64,000 bases of DNA, taken from Lama glama (lineage: Eukaryota). Every line of letters begins with the position of its first letter. Within the stretch, counting starts at the first letter, position 1. The position numbers were made by a program, and so were the translations under genes. Below the pieces are notes generated by a model, which was not told the origin of the DNA, ran no database searches, and was given only the letters and a program-made list of their open reading frames with translations. Shown here piece after piece: positions 26,083 through 40,297 of the stretch. The stretch spans positions 31,250,001-31,314,000 of the forward strand of contig CM052817.1 of NCBI GenBank assembly GCA_028534125.1. Reading direction: 5' to 3'.

Positions 26083-28007
26083 CTAAATCAAAACAGAAAC
26101 ATTTTTATTAAATTCAATACATATATTGATTTGAAATTTCTCACTTGGATAAAAATTAATTTGGGAAATGTTTTCATAGTAATGGTATATAATAAATACA
26201 CTGATTTGATTTTTTTTTTTTTAAAAAACCATCTCTCCAATACTGACTGTTTTCAATAAATTCAGAGTTTAGGTAGGCAGAAAGCGAATGGGGGAGTAAA
26301 GGAAGAGGTTACTTCAGACTGAGGCCTGCCTTTGATACTAAATGTAGAAACATCTGACTTAAAATACAGACAATGGTTTTATACATCAACACCACTCTAG
26401 TTTTTTACAATGTTGGTAATAAACATGAATGGCCTGTATGAAAGAAATTCAAGTAAGTAAACAGAAAAAAGCTGCCAGAAATTGATTCCGCTCTTTTTCA
26501 AATACATTTAAAAACATAGAGAAAAATTCTTCAGGGGAAAAATTCTTCATGTTTTGAATCAAAATGACTATTTTAGAAAGTAGAATTGTATTAAAACAAG
26601 TTCTAAGAAAGGAAACTAGATGACACGCATTATAAAATGTGGATTTTTAGTCTATTAGTAAGAACTTATTAAACTTTAATACATGATAATGTGACATGAT
26701 ACACTAAAACGTGATACTAGTTAACTAAAATATATATGTAATATTCATGCAAGATTCTGTAAACGTTTCTTTAACAGAAGGAAACATAAACTTCAGTTAA
26801 CATATTCATGACTTTGCTCATAAACCACTTGGAAAAAGCCTTTGAAAAAGACCTAATCATATTCTTAATTTAATACAAAGTGGCATTCTTCAATGAAGCA
26901 AAATGTCAAAATATTCTCAAGTGCTTGTTGATAAACAACAAAAGGTCAAACTATATTAAAAGCAGCCAAACTTGAGAACCACTGACACAGTAGAGAACAC
27001 ACTGATGCTTTAATAATGACCCACAGTCATCAAGCATAGTTTATATAATGTTCTATATACTCTGTTTTAAAGGTCAGTAAATTAGGACCACATTTAAGAT
27101 TTCTACCCATAGTGCTTTATAAAAAAGGGAGGGAAAGGACACCCTAAACTATTCTTAATAATTTAATCTCCAAGGATTCCAGTCATTCCATGTTTTACTG
27201 TATTAGCTCTGATAACTTATTTTTCAATTTTAGGTAAATCAATTCTATAGAACCATAAAAATCCAGATGTCATTTTAGCCCACCTTTGCTACATGAGTTG
27301 TTTCTAATGCTCTCCCTCAATTCATGCAAATTTCAATTTCTTCATTCATAAAGGCAGCAGTTTGCATATAATATACTCTGCTTAATAAGTATAAAGCATC
27401 TCAAAATGCAAACTGACGAACAATTACATGTCACTATGAGAAAGTTAAGCCACTCTTTCGAGTATATGATCAATAAATACAGTATTTAAACAAACAGGGG
27501 GTATCAGGAACATACTTCTTATCTAGGTAATAACAAAGAACAGGTAATTCTGCATTCAAGAATCTAAAGGGGAAATAAGAGGGTGTATTATTAAAAGAAA
27601 TGTACTGGTGAGTAAACAGCACTTATTTGCCACAGATAATCTACAACTCAGAAAAAAGCAGACCTCAAATAATTTTAGCTGAGGGAAGACACGCACTCCA
27701 GGAGATGCCTTAGAATGGATGCTGCCATGCCCTGCCCTCTGCCCCCTGAACCAGGAGGAGTCACCTCTGGAGAAAGGGTGAAGCTGGCAAGGAAGTAAAC
27801 TGGGAATATACAAGGCCCCATGCTTCATCAGAGGTTCAGTTTACCTGGACTGAAGTTAAGTGAATGGCTAATTTCTGTTTTATAGAATTATATTTGCAGT
27901 CCAGAATAAAGCTGACCAGACCCTAGTCTGTATGTTTCCATATACCTTGTGTTTGCATAAAAATAATGATGCAAAAAAGACACAGATGGGGTATTTTGTT
28001 TAGTTAC

Positions 28008-28061
28008 CTGTTGCCTTCGTTTTTCCTCTTCAAGAGCAGCTTTGGCTTCTGCTTCTTTTAT
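28008..28061 (-). CDS. NFXL1: NFXL1 penultimate exon (~22), coiled coil
   Basis: acag|ATA...CAG|gtaact; 54 nt; IKEAEAKAALEEEKRRQQ. Confidence 0.94.
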
Positions 28062-28874
28062 CTGTTTAGACATTTAAAAGCACATTAACACTGTAAACAT
28101 CAAATTTTATATAGAATTTTAACATCTTTCCTCCCAGGCTCCACTAACCCATAACAACTTTCGGAAACTTCATATTGGAAATTATTTAAAGAAACGTAAA
28201 TGTTGTACTGAGAAATGTTACCAAGGTACTGTCTAACAGACTGGGGGTGAGGGGAGTCAGGGTGTTATACCTTTCATAAATACTTCAGCTTAACAAATTT
28301 AACAGATATTAGATCACAATTCAAAGAGTTACAACACTGTAAACTGAAATACTTTCAAACTGGACTTTTTCTCTTAAGTCGCCACACTAAGACTCTAAAA
28401 TCAATTCTCAAATACCACTCTTGGCCTAGAGTTGAAATTGATCATTTTCCTAAAATGCCCTATCCGGAAGAGAATCCTTAGTTTCAAACAAAACCAAGAC
28501 TTTATTCACTGACGGAGTTGATGGAGGGACATAGTGACACCAGACATAAGCCAAACAGCAAAGAGTCACAACATCTTATTTTTGTATTATTTTAACCTAA
28601 TTTTCAGGAGGCTTACACTAACATTAAGAGGAACAACTATATCCCAGAGCATATACACTAACTGGTACAGAGGATGGAAAAATCTTGCACACACCAGACA
28701 ATAAAAAGCACACCCGAGGATTCAAATAGGCCTATAAATCAGGCTTTTATCACAGAAGCAAAAATAGAAAGAATGAGATTTTTGAGTGATTCATAATAAG
28801 CACATAAATTAATGCACAAAATAAATAGAGACAGGCCACTAGCACATTAAAAATGACATTTAACATGACACTAC

Positions 28875-28961
28875 CTCAGACGCCTTCCGCTTCATTTCCT
28901 TGCACGTTGCGTCACATTCTATGGAAATTTGATTTTCACGTACTTTGCTGCACTGCAATTC
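28875..28961 (-). CDS. NFXL1: NFXL1 coding exon (~21)
   Basis: gtag|GAA...GAG|gtagtg; 87 nt; [29 protein letters not shown]. Confidence 0.94.
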
Positions 28962-30795
28962 CTACAAACAAAATTTTTAAAAATTTGACTTTAAAAGATT
29001 TTCCCTCAAAGTCCTAACTGTATGCCATAAAAAAAGCAAAATTTCTCTAGGAGCTTGAAATCATGCATATTATTTAAGTCATGTTCATTAATATTTAATG
29101 ATGATATGGCTGCAAGCGTTAGTGTCACTATCAACTTAACGTGATTTCATTTTTATTCTTTATTTCTCTTTTTGTTTCTTGTTATTCTTCTAAAGCTTCC
29201 AGGGAATAAATGTTCTAGAGTAGTGCCATCCAATACAGCTTTCTGAATGAAAATGTTCTAAATCTGCATGACTCAAACGAGGAGCACTTACCGCATATGG
29301 CCACTGAGCACTGAAAATGTGGCGAGTGAAGTCAACGAACTCAATGTCATCTATTATTTAATAGATGATATAATTTAATGCTAAGTCATTAAAATTCTAA
29401 TTTAAATAGCCATATGTGGTTAGTGGCTACCAACTCAGTGCAGTTCTAAATGGAGAGCTACAAATTTTTCTCTCAACCATTTAACCTTTTAAAAAAAAGT
29501 TCAGATGAAAAATCATTCTAAAGCTTACAGCTGCACTTCACTGCCTCCTTAACGAAATAAAAAAAAACTAATCACTCTTTTCTTGATGACGTGACATTAA
29601 CACGATGATCAATTTGTGTACTATTCTGTAATAAAATAAATGGTCCTTATTTTAAACAGTCTTCGGCTTTGCTTTTGTAGATCTTTCATCTACCTTTTAT
29701 TCATTCCATCTTTCTTGCTGCCAGATGTCACTTTTGCTATAAATGTACCTACTTGTATCAATTGCTCCTTCCTCACAACACCCTCAGACACCAGTATTTT
29801 TGTTCAAATCTACTAGAGTAAGGAAATGAGATCAAATCCTATGAAGTACAGAATTTCATTACCTAGAGGGTTCCCCCCTTTAGTCCTTTATTTTTGGCTG
29901 AGGTTGGTGATAAATACAATCTTGTCCTCCAAGGATAGTCCAGACAAATGAAAAATAACACGGACAAACATTAGAGACAAAAATAAATACTCTGCGTTTG
30001 TGGACGTTAAGTCTGTAAGCGTGGAAGAAGGATCATATCTTTTCTCATTCAAAAGGTACTTACAAGAGTACCTATGACACGCCAAGCACTGTGTCAGGGG
30101 CAGGGGGACACAATACGGAAAAAAACAGTATGGTAAGTGCTAAACCAATAATAATAATAGCAGCTACTATTTACTAAACATGACATGTGAGAATTCAGAG
30201 AGGCTCTTCCTTCATAAGTTTTGCTGAAAGGTATGCAGTTTGTTTCCAATCGTTACTTTTTGCCCTTTTACTCCTCTATTATCACCATTTTATCTTAAAA
30301 TGAATTCTTTCCAAGTTTGAATGTTATCTTTTAATTTTGTAAGTCTGTGAGCATGTGAGGTCTCTTTAAGGCAACATGTTCACAACATAATACTGATGGC
30401 AAAAACTTTTATAAATAAAAGCAACAAAAGTTAATCCTGACCATCTCTTAAATGATGAAACTTACTTTATTACTCACATTGTGCTCCTTGTATGAAGACC
30501 TCAAATCTAGAACAGATTGACTCTACCCAAAAAAGGGCACTGAACTTGATTCCAATATAAAATAATTCTTTTACTATTAAAATGCAGAAAACTAAACTGC
30601 CCTCAAAAAGCTGATTTTTAAAAGATGCAATGACAGAAATAGGCCAATAATAGTAAGATTTTAAGAAACAAGACCTTAAAATTAAAAGGCGAAAAATAAA
30701 GCCAAAGAACTATCAAAACACAGACAAAAAAAATCAAAACAAAAAATAACAAAAATGTACACAGAAAGGAATTTTCAATAACTTAAAATATTTAC

Positions 30796-30900
30796 CTTTT
30801 TTATTCTTTTACAAGGACATCTAAGTTTCACCTTCTGGTTACAATTAAAGGGACATTCACCAGGATGGCACATTTCTTTGCATCGATGACCACAAGGAAG
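30796..30900 (-). CDS. NFXL1: NFXL1 coding exon (~20), last NF-X1 finger
   Basis: ttag|CTT...AAG|gtaaat; 105 nt; [35 protein letters not shown]. Confidence 0.95.
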
Positions 30901-33024
30901 CTAAAATAAAACAATTACATATTTATATTTTAGCCATACTTTACCTCCTCTTCCTGCCAACTATTTTAAGAGTCCATCACAAAAGAGCCAATCAATCCTG
31001 GATAATTAGCTAATTTTTCAACTTTCTTATTTTAGATATAAATTACCTTAATTCCAGAAATGTTAAATATTTTCCCCCGGTCCACTCCAGGAGTACATCT
31101 TACATCACCCTTGAGGCTAGTTATAGCCACGTGACTAAGTTCCAGCCAACGGACTGTAAGCATAAATGTTTTCGTGTCTTAAAGCTTTTCAAGAGCACAT
31201 ATCCATGTTCTTCCCTCCCCAGTGTTCTGGAAATGAGGACATCCTGAGCAACAGCAGAAGCCATGTGTCAGAGAGAGCAGAGCTGCCCTGCTAACTTGGG
31301 CCCCTGGATCAATACATGGAACACAGTGACACATCTACCTCCCCTGTCCTGCTATGTGAGAAAGAAAGAAAACCTCCTTGTCCTTAAGCAGTTTTTTAAA
31401 AATTTATTTTTACTGAAGTACAGTCAGTTTACAATGTTGTATCAGCACTGTTTTGTGATACAACTGCTTAGGCTTTTACTCTATATATATTATAACGTAC
31501 TAAATAGGCAGCCAAACCAATTCAGTACCTGCCATGATGATGTCTACGCACTACTTGACTACCTTCTTATCCTAGCCAAACTTTCAGGTGAAATGGTCTT
31601 TCCTTCTTTCTATTCAAACCTTATCCAAATTTCAAAACACAGCTTAAATCACCATAAAAGCATGATACGAGTTTGCCTACATTTGAATAGTAACAGTAAC
31701 AGTGTAAGAAATCCATAAATCTATTTCTAAACTGTTATGACATTGCTTGGATTAGCTTGAACTTAAAAAAAAATTAAGCAATTCATATATTTCTGTGTCT
31801 CCAACCAGAATGTAAATAAAAGAGAGCAGTTGGTTAGTGGTTAAATTCCAAAGTCAGACTGCCTGGAACTGAATCTCAGATTCCCTGTTGACTAGCTGTG
31901 TCTGGGGCCTTGGGGCAAGCAAGCCACCTGACTTTTCTGTGCTTCACATGTAAAACTGGGAAGAGTAATAGAGCTTCATACAACTGCTGTGAGGATTAAA
32001 TGTACTTAATATATTTAGCTATTATAATGAAAGTTATTATTCTAAGTTAAGAGCAATGATCTTATATTTCTTTGTGTCTCTCATATTCATTAACAAAGAT
32101 AACTTAAAAAACAGTGTATACCTCAATAAACACTCAAATTCTCAAATTCTGATCTTTATGACTCACCAGATTGATCCTTCAAATTACTGACTCTACCCTC
32201 TTTAAGAAATTCAGAATCCTCTTCTACTGTCTTTGATCTCTCTCTAGTATGCAACTTGGTTTCTTGTTCTCTAATTTTTAGCTGAGACATTCATACCAAA
32301 ACTAAATTTGGATCACACTGCGCATTTTCACTAATCCTACCACAGGACAGGGCTGCCAGAATGAGCTCCACGCTAGCCATTCCTGGGCCACTTCAGTTTT
32401 GTTTTTCTCTGCACCTAATACCAGCCCCTCAACACTGCTTAATAAGCTCAATATTCATTCATTATCAAGTAACTTGCCTCAGAGTGGTTGTTTCGAGTGT
32501 TCCTTCACTTCCCTCTCCCCTTCATCCCTGCCAGTGCCTCTAGCCTGACTTCATAGACACAACAAACATTTGGCATTAGCTCTCCACCTATCCCTTTTTC
32601 CCCTCAAAATAAGTCTCTTAATCTGGGAGGGAATTACATCAGTAATCTTCTCTACTTTAACTTTAAATCAACGATTCTGAAGTGGAAAGTGAATAGGGAA
32701 GCATATCAGAATCAATAAGGGAAGATCTGTTTGAAATTACACAGAATCATAGCCACAGTGCGACCTCTTACTAATCAGTATTCTGTCTCTTCCATGTGTT
32801 GGGGCTGATGAAAGGTAAAGAATCATCCGTCTAGATGTTAACATCTGTCTGCCTCCTAAAAGACTTCATCTGACTCTTCACAATTTCAGCAACATCTTGA
32901 AAACCTCTTTTCTCTGGCTCGGTCTTCTGACCTCAAAATGTATCTCTTTTCTCTAAACCTTCATTTGATCCTGTCATCTCATCTAATAATTATTCCATGA
33001 ATCTCCTTGCTTTTCACATCCAGT

Positions 33025-33400
33025 GTTGGGAGAAGTTATAGAAGACATAAATTGGGACCCCCCAGGAGCGATGGCCACAGATAAGCTAGCTTCCTGTCTG
33101 TTGCTGCCTATGCCAAGGGAGGCCCTGATCCCAAAGTGAGCCAGATTCCCTCTCCTGATCATCGGAAAACGTGAAAGGGAGAGGTGGTGGTTTGAACAGA
33201 GTCATCTCACTCAGAGCCCCCCAAGCTCCTGCTGCCAAGCCCCCTGGGGCTGTCCAGATACTGCCCTTCCCAAAATTTGGCTGAACAGCATTTCCTTTGT
33301 AATCTGTGAACTGTCCCCCAATACCCTCCAAATATATCTTCTTCTTGCAATAAGTGAGCCAAACTTATTTCTGCAGACTGCAAGGAGAACTGAAACTCAT
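33025..33400 (+). mobile_element. old MaLR/ERVL-type LTR
   Basis: Starts tgttggga; MLT1-like 3' end aagtgagccaaacttatttctg...tgcaa. Confidence 0.45.
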
Positions 33401-33469
33401 CCAGAAGTATGCTGTGCTCGTATCCAACATATGTCCCCCAGGCAAAGCAACGCTATTAATCCTGAAAAG

Positions 33470-34200
33470 GTATTCAGACTCACTAGAAATCAGGGAAATG
33501 TAAATTAAAATCATGAGATGTCATAAGATGGGCAAAAATTAAACATTTTGACAACACCAAGTATTGGCAAGGATATGAAACAAAAGGAAGTGTAAAATAC
33601 TGACGGTAAACTGGAAAATTGATTGCTTATAAATTGTATAACTATTTTGGAAATCAATATGACTTTAAGTTGAAATTATACATTCCCTATGGCCAAGCAA
33701 TTGTAGTACAAGAGAAATCTATGCACACAATACCAGAATGTGCAAACAAGAATGTTCATAGCCATACTTTTGATACCAACTCAAATATCTACCTACAGTA
33801 AAACAAATAAACTACAGTATACTCATACAATGGAATACAGCCACATGCAATACAAACGATAAATAAAACGTAGGGCAAACAAAGAAAGTCGCAAAAGTTC
33901 ATAATTTTGAAATTTTAATAGATTAGGCAAACAACATTGTTTCCAGTTACACATAGAGTTATTAAAAACTAAAAATAAAAGCAAGGAAATAATCATTACA
34001 AAAGGCAGATGGTAGTAACATACAGGATGGAGGGAGGGAACTACAGTCTGGGAACTCTGGTAGACTTCTGAGATGCAGCAATGCTCTGTTTTTTGACCTA
34101 GGTGGAGTTATACGGTGTTCACTTTTTAACTCTTTGTTAAACTATACATATATGTGTTATGTTCGTTTGAGTATGCAATGATTTCATTATTTACAAAATC
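33470..34200 (+). mobile_element. old L1M 3' fragment
   Basis: tcactagaaatcagggaaatgtaaattaaaa...tgacaacaccaagtattggcaaggat...atacaatggaatac. Confidence 0.7.
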
Positions 34201-35253
34201 AAATCACATGACCACTTCCCTGATAGACGTGCAAGCATATATTATCATAAAAGCCAAGTTATATTCTGAAAGAGCTGAAAAGTTGATCAGAATGTATAAC
34301 ATAAAATGACTGTATCTTCACTACAGATTTCACAGTAAAAACTAGAGGTTTTTCTAAAATATCCAACTCTGATATTCATTTAAAGATGAGATATCCTACC
34401 CTTACCACTCAAAGTGCGATGGTTTTCTTCTAGTCTGCTCAGCCCTTAATGTCATTCTGCTAGCACTTTGGAAAGCCATAGCAAATGACTTACCAATAAC
34501 CAATACTGTCTAGTATAAAATGTTCCATTTTATTCCAATAACTTAAAAAGCTCTCTTTAAAAATAATTAAGGAAAACTTGCCAAAAAAAACTTTTTGTTG
34601 ATAAATACCCATACCACCATCACCACAGCTAGCACATCTATATCACCTACCATATACAAAGAACTTTACATGTTATTAACTCAATATTCGGCACTCTGGA
34701 GTATTATTATTGCCCCATTATACATGAACAATTTGAGTTACAGAGATATTCGTTTGTCCAAGTAAAAAGCAGAAAAGCCTACACGGGGATGATAAAACCA
34801 AATTCAGAAACAATTTTTAAAAATTGTATATGTGGGGCACAGTTTAAATAAAGGTGTGGTTCTTAATGATATCTTTATATTTCCTTTTAGTTCAATTCAG
34901 ATCTAACTGAACAGTCCAGTAGACGCATGGAGTGTGTATCAGAGAAGCAGTGGAGCTGGAAGGTCTCCCTATGCCAGTCCCACAGTTCACTCTTATACTC
35001 ACATTCAATACACATTTACCAACTACCTAGTAAGTACAACCAGGGAACCAGGGACTGGATACAAAGACAAATATGACATAGCCCATGTCCACAAGAAATC
35101 CATAGTATGGAAAAGGGAGGAGAAAGCAAACAGGAATTTATCAGTACCTCAATACTTGTCATAATCCCCTACCTTACCTCTGAGTATAAAATATTTATAG
35201 TAGATTCAAAGAGACATAGTTCTTGGTTGATCCAATGTATGACTTGATTCTAC

Positions 35254-35447
35254 AGCCTACTGGTTCTCAAAGTGTGGTGCCAGATCAATAGTATCACAGT
35301 TACATATGAGTTTATTAGAAATGCAGATTCCTGGGCCCCCACTTCGGACTCATAAAATCAGAAACTCTGGGGTGGGGCCCATTAATCTGTTTTAACAAGC
35401 CCTCGAAGAGATTCTGATATACATTAGAATTAGAAAACCACTGCTGT
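35254..35447. mobile_element. MER5A-like hAT MITE
   Basis: tggttctcaaagtgtgg...ttagaaatgcagattcctgggcccc...tcagaaactctggggtggggccc...aaccactgc. Confidence 0.85.
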
Positions 35448-36550
35448 AGTCTTATCAATGTCAACAGACCATAAACTGGAATAAATTAGACACAATAATA
35501 TTCACCTGCCACCTTCAGGCTGTTCTAAACTACAAGGGCCATCTAGATTGTTTCCAACCTAAGGATATATTTTTCAAGAAAGCCCAGCAAGACTCTAGCA
35601 ATACCAGGGGCTCCAGAGTGGACTAGAGTCCAAAAAATTATGAACATGAAAAAGAAATTTTTAAATAAACAGGGCCCACTCATTTAGTCCTACTAAATGT
35701 CAAAAAGTATCACAAATGAATGATAGCCAAGGTAATGCTAAATTGCAAATTAGTTATCCTAAATGAAATTCTATTTCTAGCAGCAATTTCATACCAAGTT
35801 GCTGTGTCAGAATTAAAAAAAAAAACAAAACTCTCAACTATCTATTACCTGGAATTTGAATTTGGACAGAAAAAATTTTATTTTAACATGGGAAAACTCA
35901 AAATTTGAAGAATTCAGAACATTCAATTTGAAGTATCCCATGTCTCTAGTTCCACATATAACAAAGAAAGGATTATTAAAATAATCATTTACTGCTTGAA
36001 ATGTCTCCCTGTTTATAATCTTATTTAAATTTTTAAATTCCCAAGTTTAATTTCCACTAGTTCTTAAACAGGAATCCATAAAAAGTGTCCAAAGGTTTAA
36101 AATTAAAAGGAAATACTGTCAACAAAAAGGCATATATCATACACTGACGTCTGTTTTAATTTACTCAGAGACTGACTACTATACTTAAGACTTAGTTGTC
36201 ATCTCTTCCTGACTCTAAACAGGATAGGAAACACTTACATAAGTGCATAAAGATAAAGAGGTAAAAGAAAAGAAGTGCTACTAGTACGTCTACAAGTCAA
36301 ATGATTCCTTTATAAATGTCCACTCAAATTAAACAAATATCACTGCTTCCTCCAACAACAACAAAAAAAAGAAGCACCTTCACTTTTAAATAGAACAAAT
36401 ATAGCTAGACTACCCTAGTTTCTCAAATTATTGCCAGGATAAATCACCAGTGAGTTTTTACCTTCTGACCCTGAACAATCTTTCTGAACCACTTTTGATA
36501 CTTTAAGTTTGAATACAATGCATATACAAGCATCAGAATCTTTAAAAACA

Positions 36551-36695
36551 GACAGGAGGTATAGCTTAGCGGTAGAGCTCATGCTTAGCGTGGAGTAGGA
36601 CCTGGGTTCAATCTCCAGTACCGTCACTTTAAATGAATGAATGAATCAATCAATCTAATTACCCCCCACAAAATAAATGAATAAATAAATACTAA
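36551..36695 (+). mobile_element. tRNA-Ala-derived camelid SINE (Vic-1-like), diverged
   Basis: A box tagcttagcgg, B box ggttcaatctc, ctaattacccc tail; TSD-like agaatcttt(t)aaaaa at 36535-36548 and 36696-36710. Confidence 0.8.
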
Positions 36696-37131
36696 AGAAT
36701 CTTTTAAAAAAAACTTTATATATGAAGGTTTATAATAATTAATTCAAGATAATAATGAGCTTTAAAGTTTACACATACACACAGACATATCTGTTTTTTT
36801 CTACTGCGGTTCTACTATCTAACTGCACACGACCCACACAGTTCTTAATCTACTTTTATTTTAAGGGAGGGAGTAAACATTAAGTCAATACTCAGTGTAT
36901 AAAGTATATAAGCTATCTTTAAAACTGCTTTAAAAAGAAATCTTCAAAGGGTCACTCCTAGTCCTAATATCCTCAAATTTAATAAAGAGATGTACATCTA
37001 CCCTAACCATATGTTTTTATAGACATCAGTCACGTTTCTTGACCTGACACAGGATGATCTAACAAGAAAAGAGAAAACCCAAGAGAAACAATGCCTAAAA
37101 ACATAACTTAGAAGGTTCTTGGGAAGCTTAC

Positions 37132-37201
37132 CTCTTTAGGACACTGATTTTTGCAGCAACTGAGGAGGTTCTTTTCATTTACATCAGCTGTGGTTATTTT
37201 T
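37132..37201 (-). CDS. NFXL1: NFXL1 coding exon (~19)
   Basis: ttag|A AAA...GAG|gtaagc; 70 nt; [23 protein letters not shown]. Confidence 0.94.
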
Positions 37202-39865
37202 CTAAAAATATGAGAGGAAGTTTTGATGACATTCAAACCAAAGTCCATTTTATAGCATGGTTTATCTAAAAATAACTCACAATTTCAAACATACCCATAA
37301 AATTACCTTATATACTTCATTTTTAAAGGAAATGTTTTGATTGTATCTCATCTATAACATCCTCAAATTGCTTAATTGTTCTGATAACTCAAACTTTGTA
37401 GCCCTTTATCTTTTACCAACAAATCAAATGTCACAATGGCAATAACTGCAAAAAGAAAGTAGAAAACAGGCACAAAATGTCATCTGTGCCTGGCCTCTCT
37501 TCAGTAGCTCCTGCTAGTACCTTTCCCTGTATCATTGCTCATAACAGAAATTCTTCCTAAAGCTTCCACATAAAGGATTTTAAACTAATGGTTCAGTATA
37601 TTACTTAAAAGCTGACCCAGAGAAATGCTCACCCAGGTTTATTTCTAAAGAACAGGGGGGAAAAAATGTTACTTCAAATTGAGTTTAGGCTGTTCAGTGG
37701 GAAAAGCAGTAAGCTTATTAGAAAAATTTTTTTCAGTTGTTTTTGGATTAAGCTTTATCCATTAATGTTAGAAATTGATTCTTTTTATATTAGAGCATTT
37801 AAATCAGTCTGTGCTTTTATGTCTGATTCAGTGCGTAATTTAGAAAAAGTCACAAACACCAAGGAATAACACCACTTTCTAATAAAGAGTTGAACAGAAT
37901 CACAGTAAACACCACATGAGTCAGTAACTAGCAACAATCTAAAAATCCCTAACGTACGCTTCTCACTTTTCTCTTCTCTGTTGTCTTTCTTCTCCTTTCC
38001 TTTATTCTTTCTTTTCCTGTCCCTGCACTAGACCAAAGTGCCAAAACATACCATAAGTTTAGCCTCCACTGTCAAAATTATAATCTTGAGTATTTATATC
38101 AAATTAGGGAAAAATGTATTCTAACACAGACAATTTTCTTGGCAAAATTTCATTTAATAACAACAGTAAGTTTTTATACTGACTTTTATATGGAAGTTTT
38201 ATAATTTCATTCTTACAAATATGGTGCTCACCTCTGAACTTAAGAGTTAATAGCATTTTGTTCCCGTTACTATATAATTAAAAATAAGTTAGCTTTTCAA
38301 GGCCTATCTCTTTTATACCTAATTTCTATAGAAGAAAGTACAGGAAGTAGAAAACAACTAAAAGGAAATCTTGACTTATGTAATTACTCACTGAATTGAA
38401 AGTAAATGAAATTATCAGAACAAATACTGAGACTGAAGAATTCTGCATAAAAACAGATTTTAAATATGCATTCAAGAAAAAGAAAAAGGAATTCTGGTTA
38501 GCTGTGGTAATAGAAGCCATCTCAATCCAAACATATTCACACATTTCACCCCAAATACATCCAGCTCAAATCCCATGCCCTGAGCAAAACCATTCCACAA
38601 ACTTCAAATTATCTGTAGAAAGAAAAAAAAAAACAAAAACTAATTCCTAGCAGAGCTATTTCTCAAGCTCCCATAGCAAGTCTTTTCAGAGAGCTTAGCA
38701 GAGTTCTGGAAAAACTGAGCAGAAAAGAGAAGAGGGGGACTGAGCAAACACACCAGAAAGAGAAAGTCCACCCTAAAAGTAAAAATACTGAAAAAGTCTT
38801 GGTAGATCAGAAAACTAACTAAAGAGAAGAGACTTGAAAAAGTGCACAAGAATCAGAGTCAGTGTTGGAAAGACAACACCCTGGAAGAAGGTAAAAAGGG
38901 AAGGTGCCCCTTGGAAACAACAAATGAAAAAAGAAGCAAGAGGGTGAGATTCAAAATCCTAGAAGAGCAAAGAAAACCCCTTTTCATCAGTATCATCCAT
39001 TAATAAAGCAAAATTATCTTATCTCTCCATATAAAACTGCTAAAACTAAAAATTGCAATATTTTATTTTTTAAATTTCAACAAAATAATTTTAATACTTA
39101 AAAAGAATAAAATTGGATTTTCCAATTTAAGGCATGAGTCTAGAGTATAAGCAACAAAAACAAATCTAATATTAATAGGCATTTTTCAAACAGTATTTAT
39201 GCTCAAAAAAATCAGAAATAAAGTCATATTCCCAAATTTAATTTGAGTAAAATAAACTTACAAAAAGCCCACTTTATAGACTTAAGTGAAATGGAGCTGA
39301 GCAAGTTAGGTTAATTATTTTAGATCATGATTAAACAGAAAAAAATGGAACTTTTTTTCCCTTTACTTAATCCACAAGCAAAAATTTGCATTTCTAGGAA
39401 AGGTAAATGTAGAAGTCATATCCTAGTACGATAAATGTCACTAACAGCGACACTTGTAATAAACAAAAACCTATCTTTTAAATCCATAATTTAAAAACTG
39501 TGCAGAAGTAACTATGTGCAAGTCAACTTGATCCAACAAAATTCTAGTTGACACTGTTATTTGAACAACCTGCTATAGGAGTGCTTCACCTATTTTTTCA
39601 ACTTTTTTCCTAACAAAATCTTATACAGAATCCCCAAATGGAAAAACACAGAATTGCCCCGGTTGAAATCAGGGTAAAGTTTCTAGAAGGTGAAATACTC
39701 TCCATTTCTTCCTTCCAGATCTCTATCGAAAGATCTAGGTCTCTAGAGTCTGAGGACCACACTGAAAAACGTTCCTTAAAGTCTTCTACACAGGGTTCCG
39801 AATTATAAAAAGATACCAGGTAAAATAATTTTACTAAAATAAGAATATTTCCTCAGTCCACTTAC

Positions 39866-40032
39866 CTGCACTCCACATAAAGACTTGTGATCTTGCAGTG
39901 ACATTTTATTCTAAGCATCTGAACACAAGGAGGACATTCTCCAGGGTGACACGGCAAAACACACGGATGAGGACAACCTGGCGGCCGTGACTTAGAGCAC
40001 CCTTCCTCACACTGAAGGCATTCTGGGCCAGC
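39866..40032 (-). CDS. NFXL1: NFXL1 coding exon (~18)
   Basis: ccag|GCT...TGC AG|gtaagt; 167 nt; [55 protein letters not shown](R). Confidence 0.95.
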
Positions 40033-40172
40033 CTGGTAAGTACCAAGAAAATACATCATCTAAACACAGAAGTCTAACATTTCTATAGTTTATAGTTTTA
40101 TAGTTAAAGTTATAAAATTTATATACCTTATTAAAAGAAAGTACATCTGCGGCTCTTAGAAATACTGTTAAA

Positions 40173-40297
40173 GGGCGGAGGATAGAGCTCAAATGGCAGA
40201 GTACATGCCTAACATGCAGAAGGTCATGGGTGTAAGCCCCAGTACCTCCTCTAAAAATAAAATCTACCTACCTCACCCAACAACAACAACAACAAAA
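40173..40297 (+). mobile_element. tRNA-Ala-derived camelid SINE (Vic-1-like), more diverged
   Basis: gagctcaaatggcagagtacatgcctaacatgc...cccagtacctcc, (CAA)n/A tail; TSD aaatac(t/a)gttaa at 40160-40171 and 40298-40309. Confidence 0.75.

Noticed and set aside
31263..31718. 151-aa + strand ORF
   Set aside because: Crosses LTR, L1-tail and L2-like remnants, with no domain or splice support
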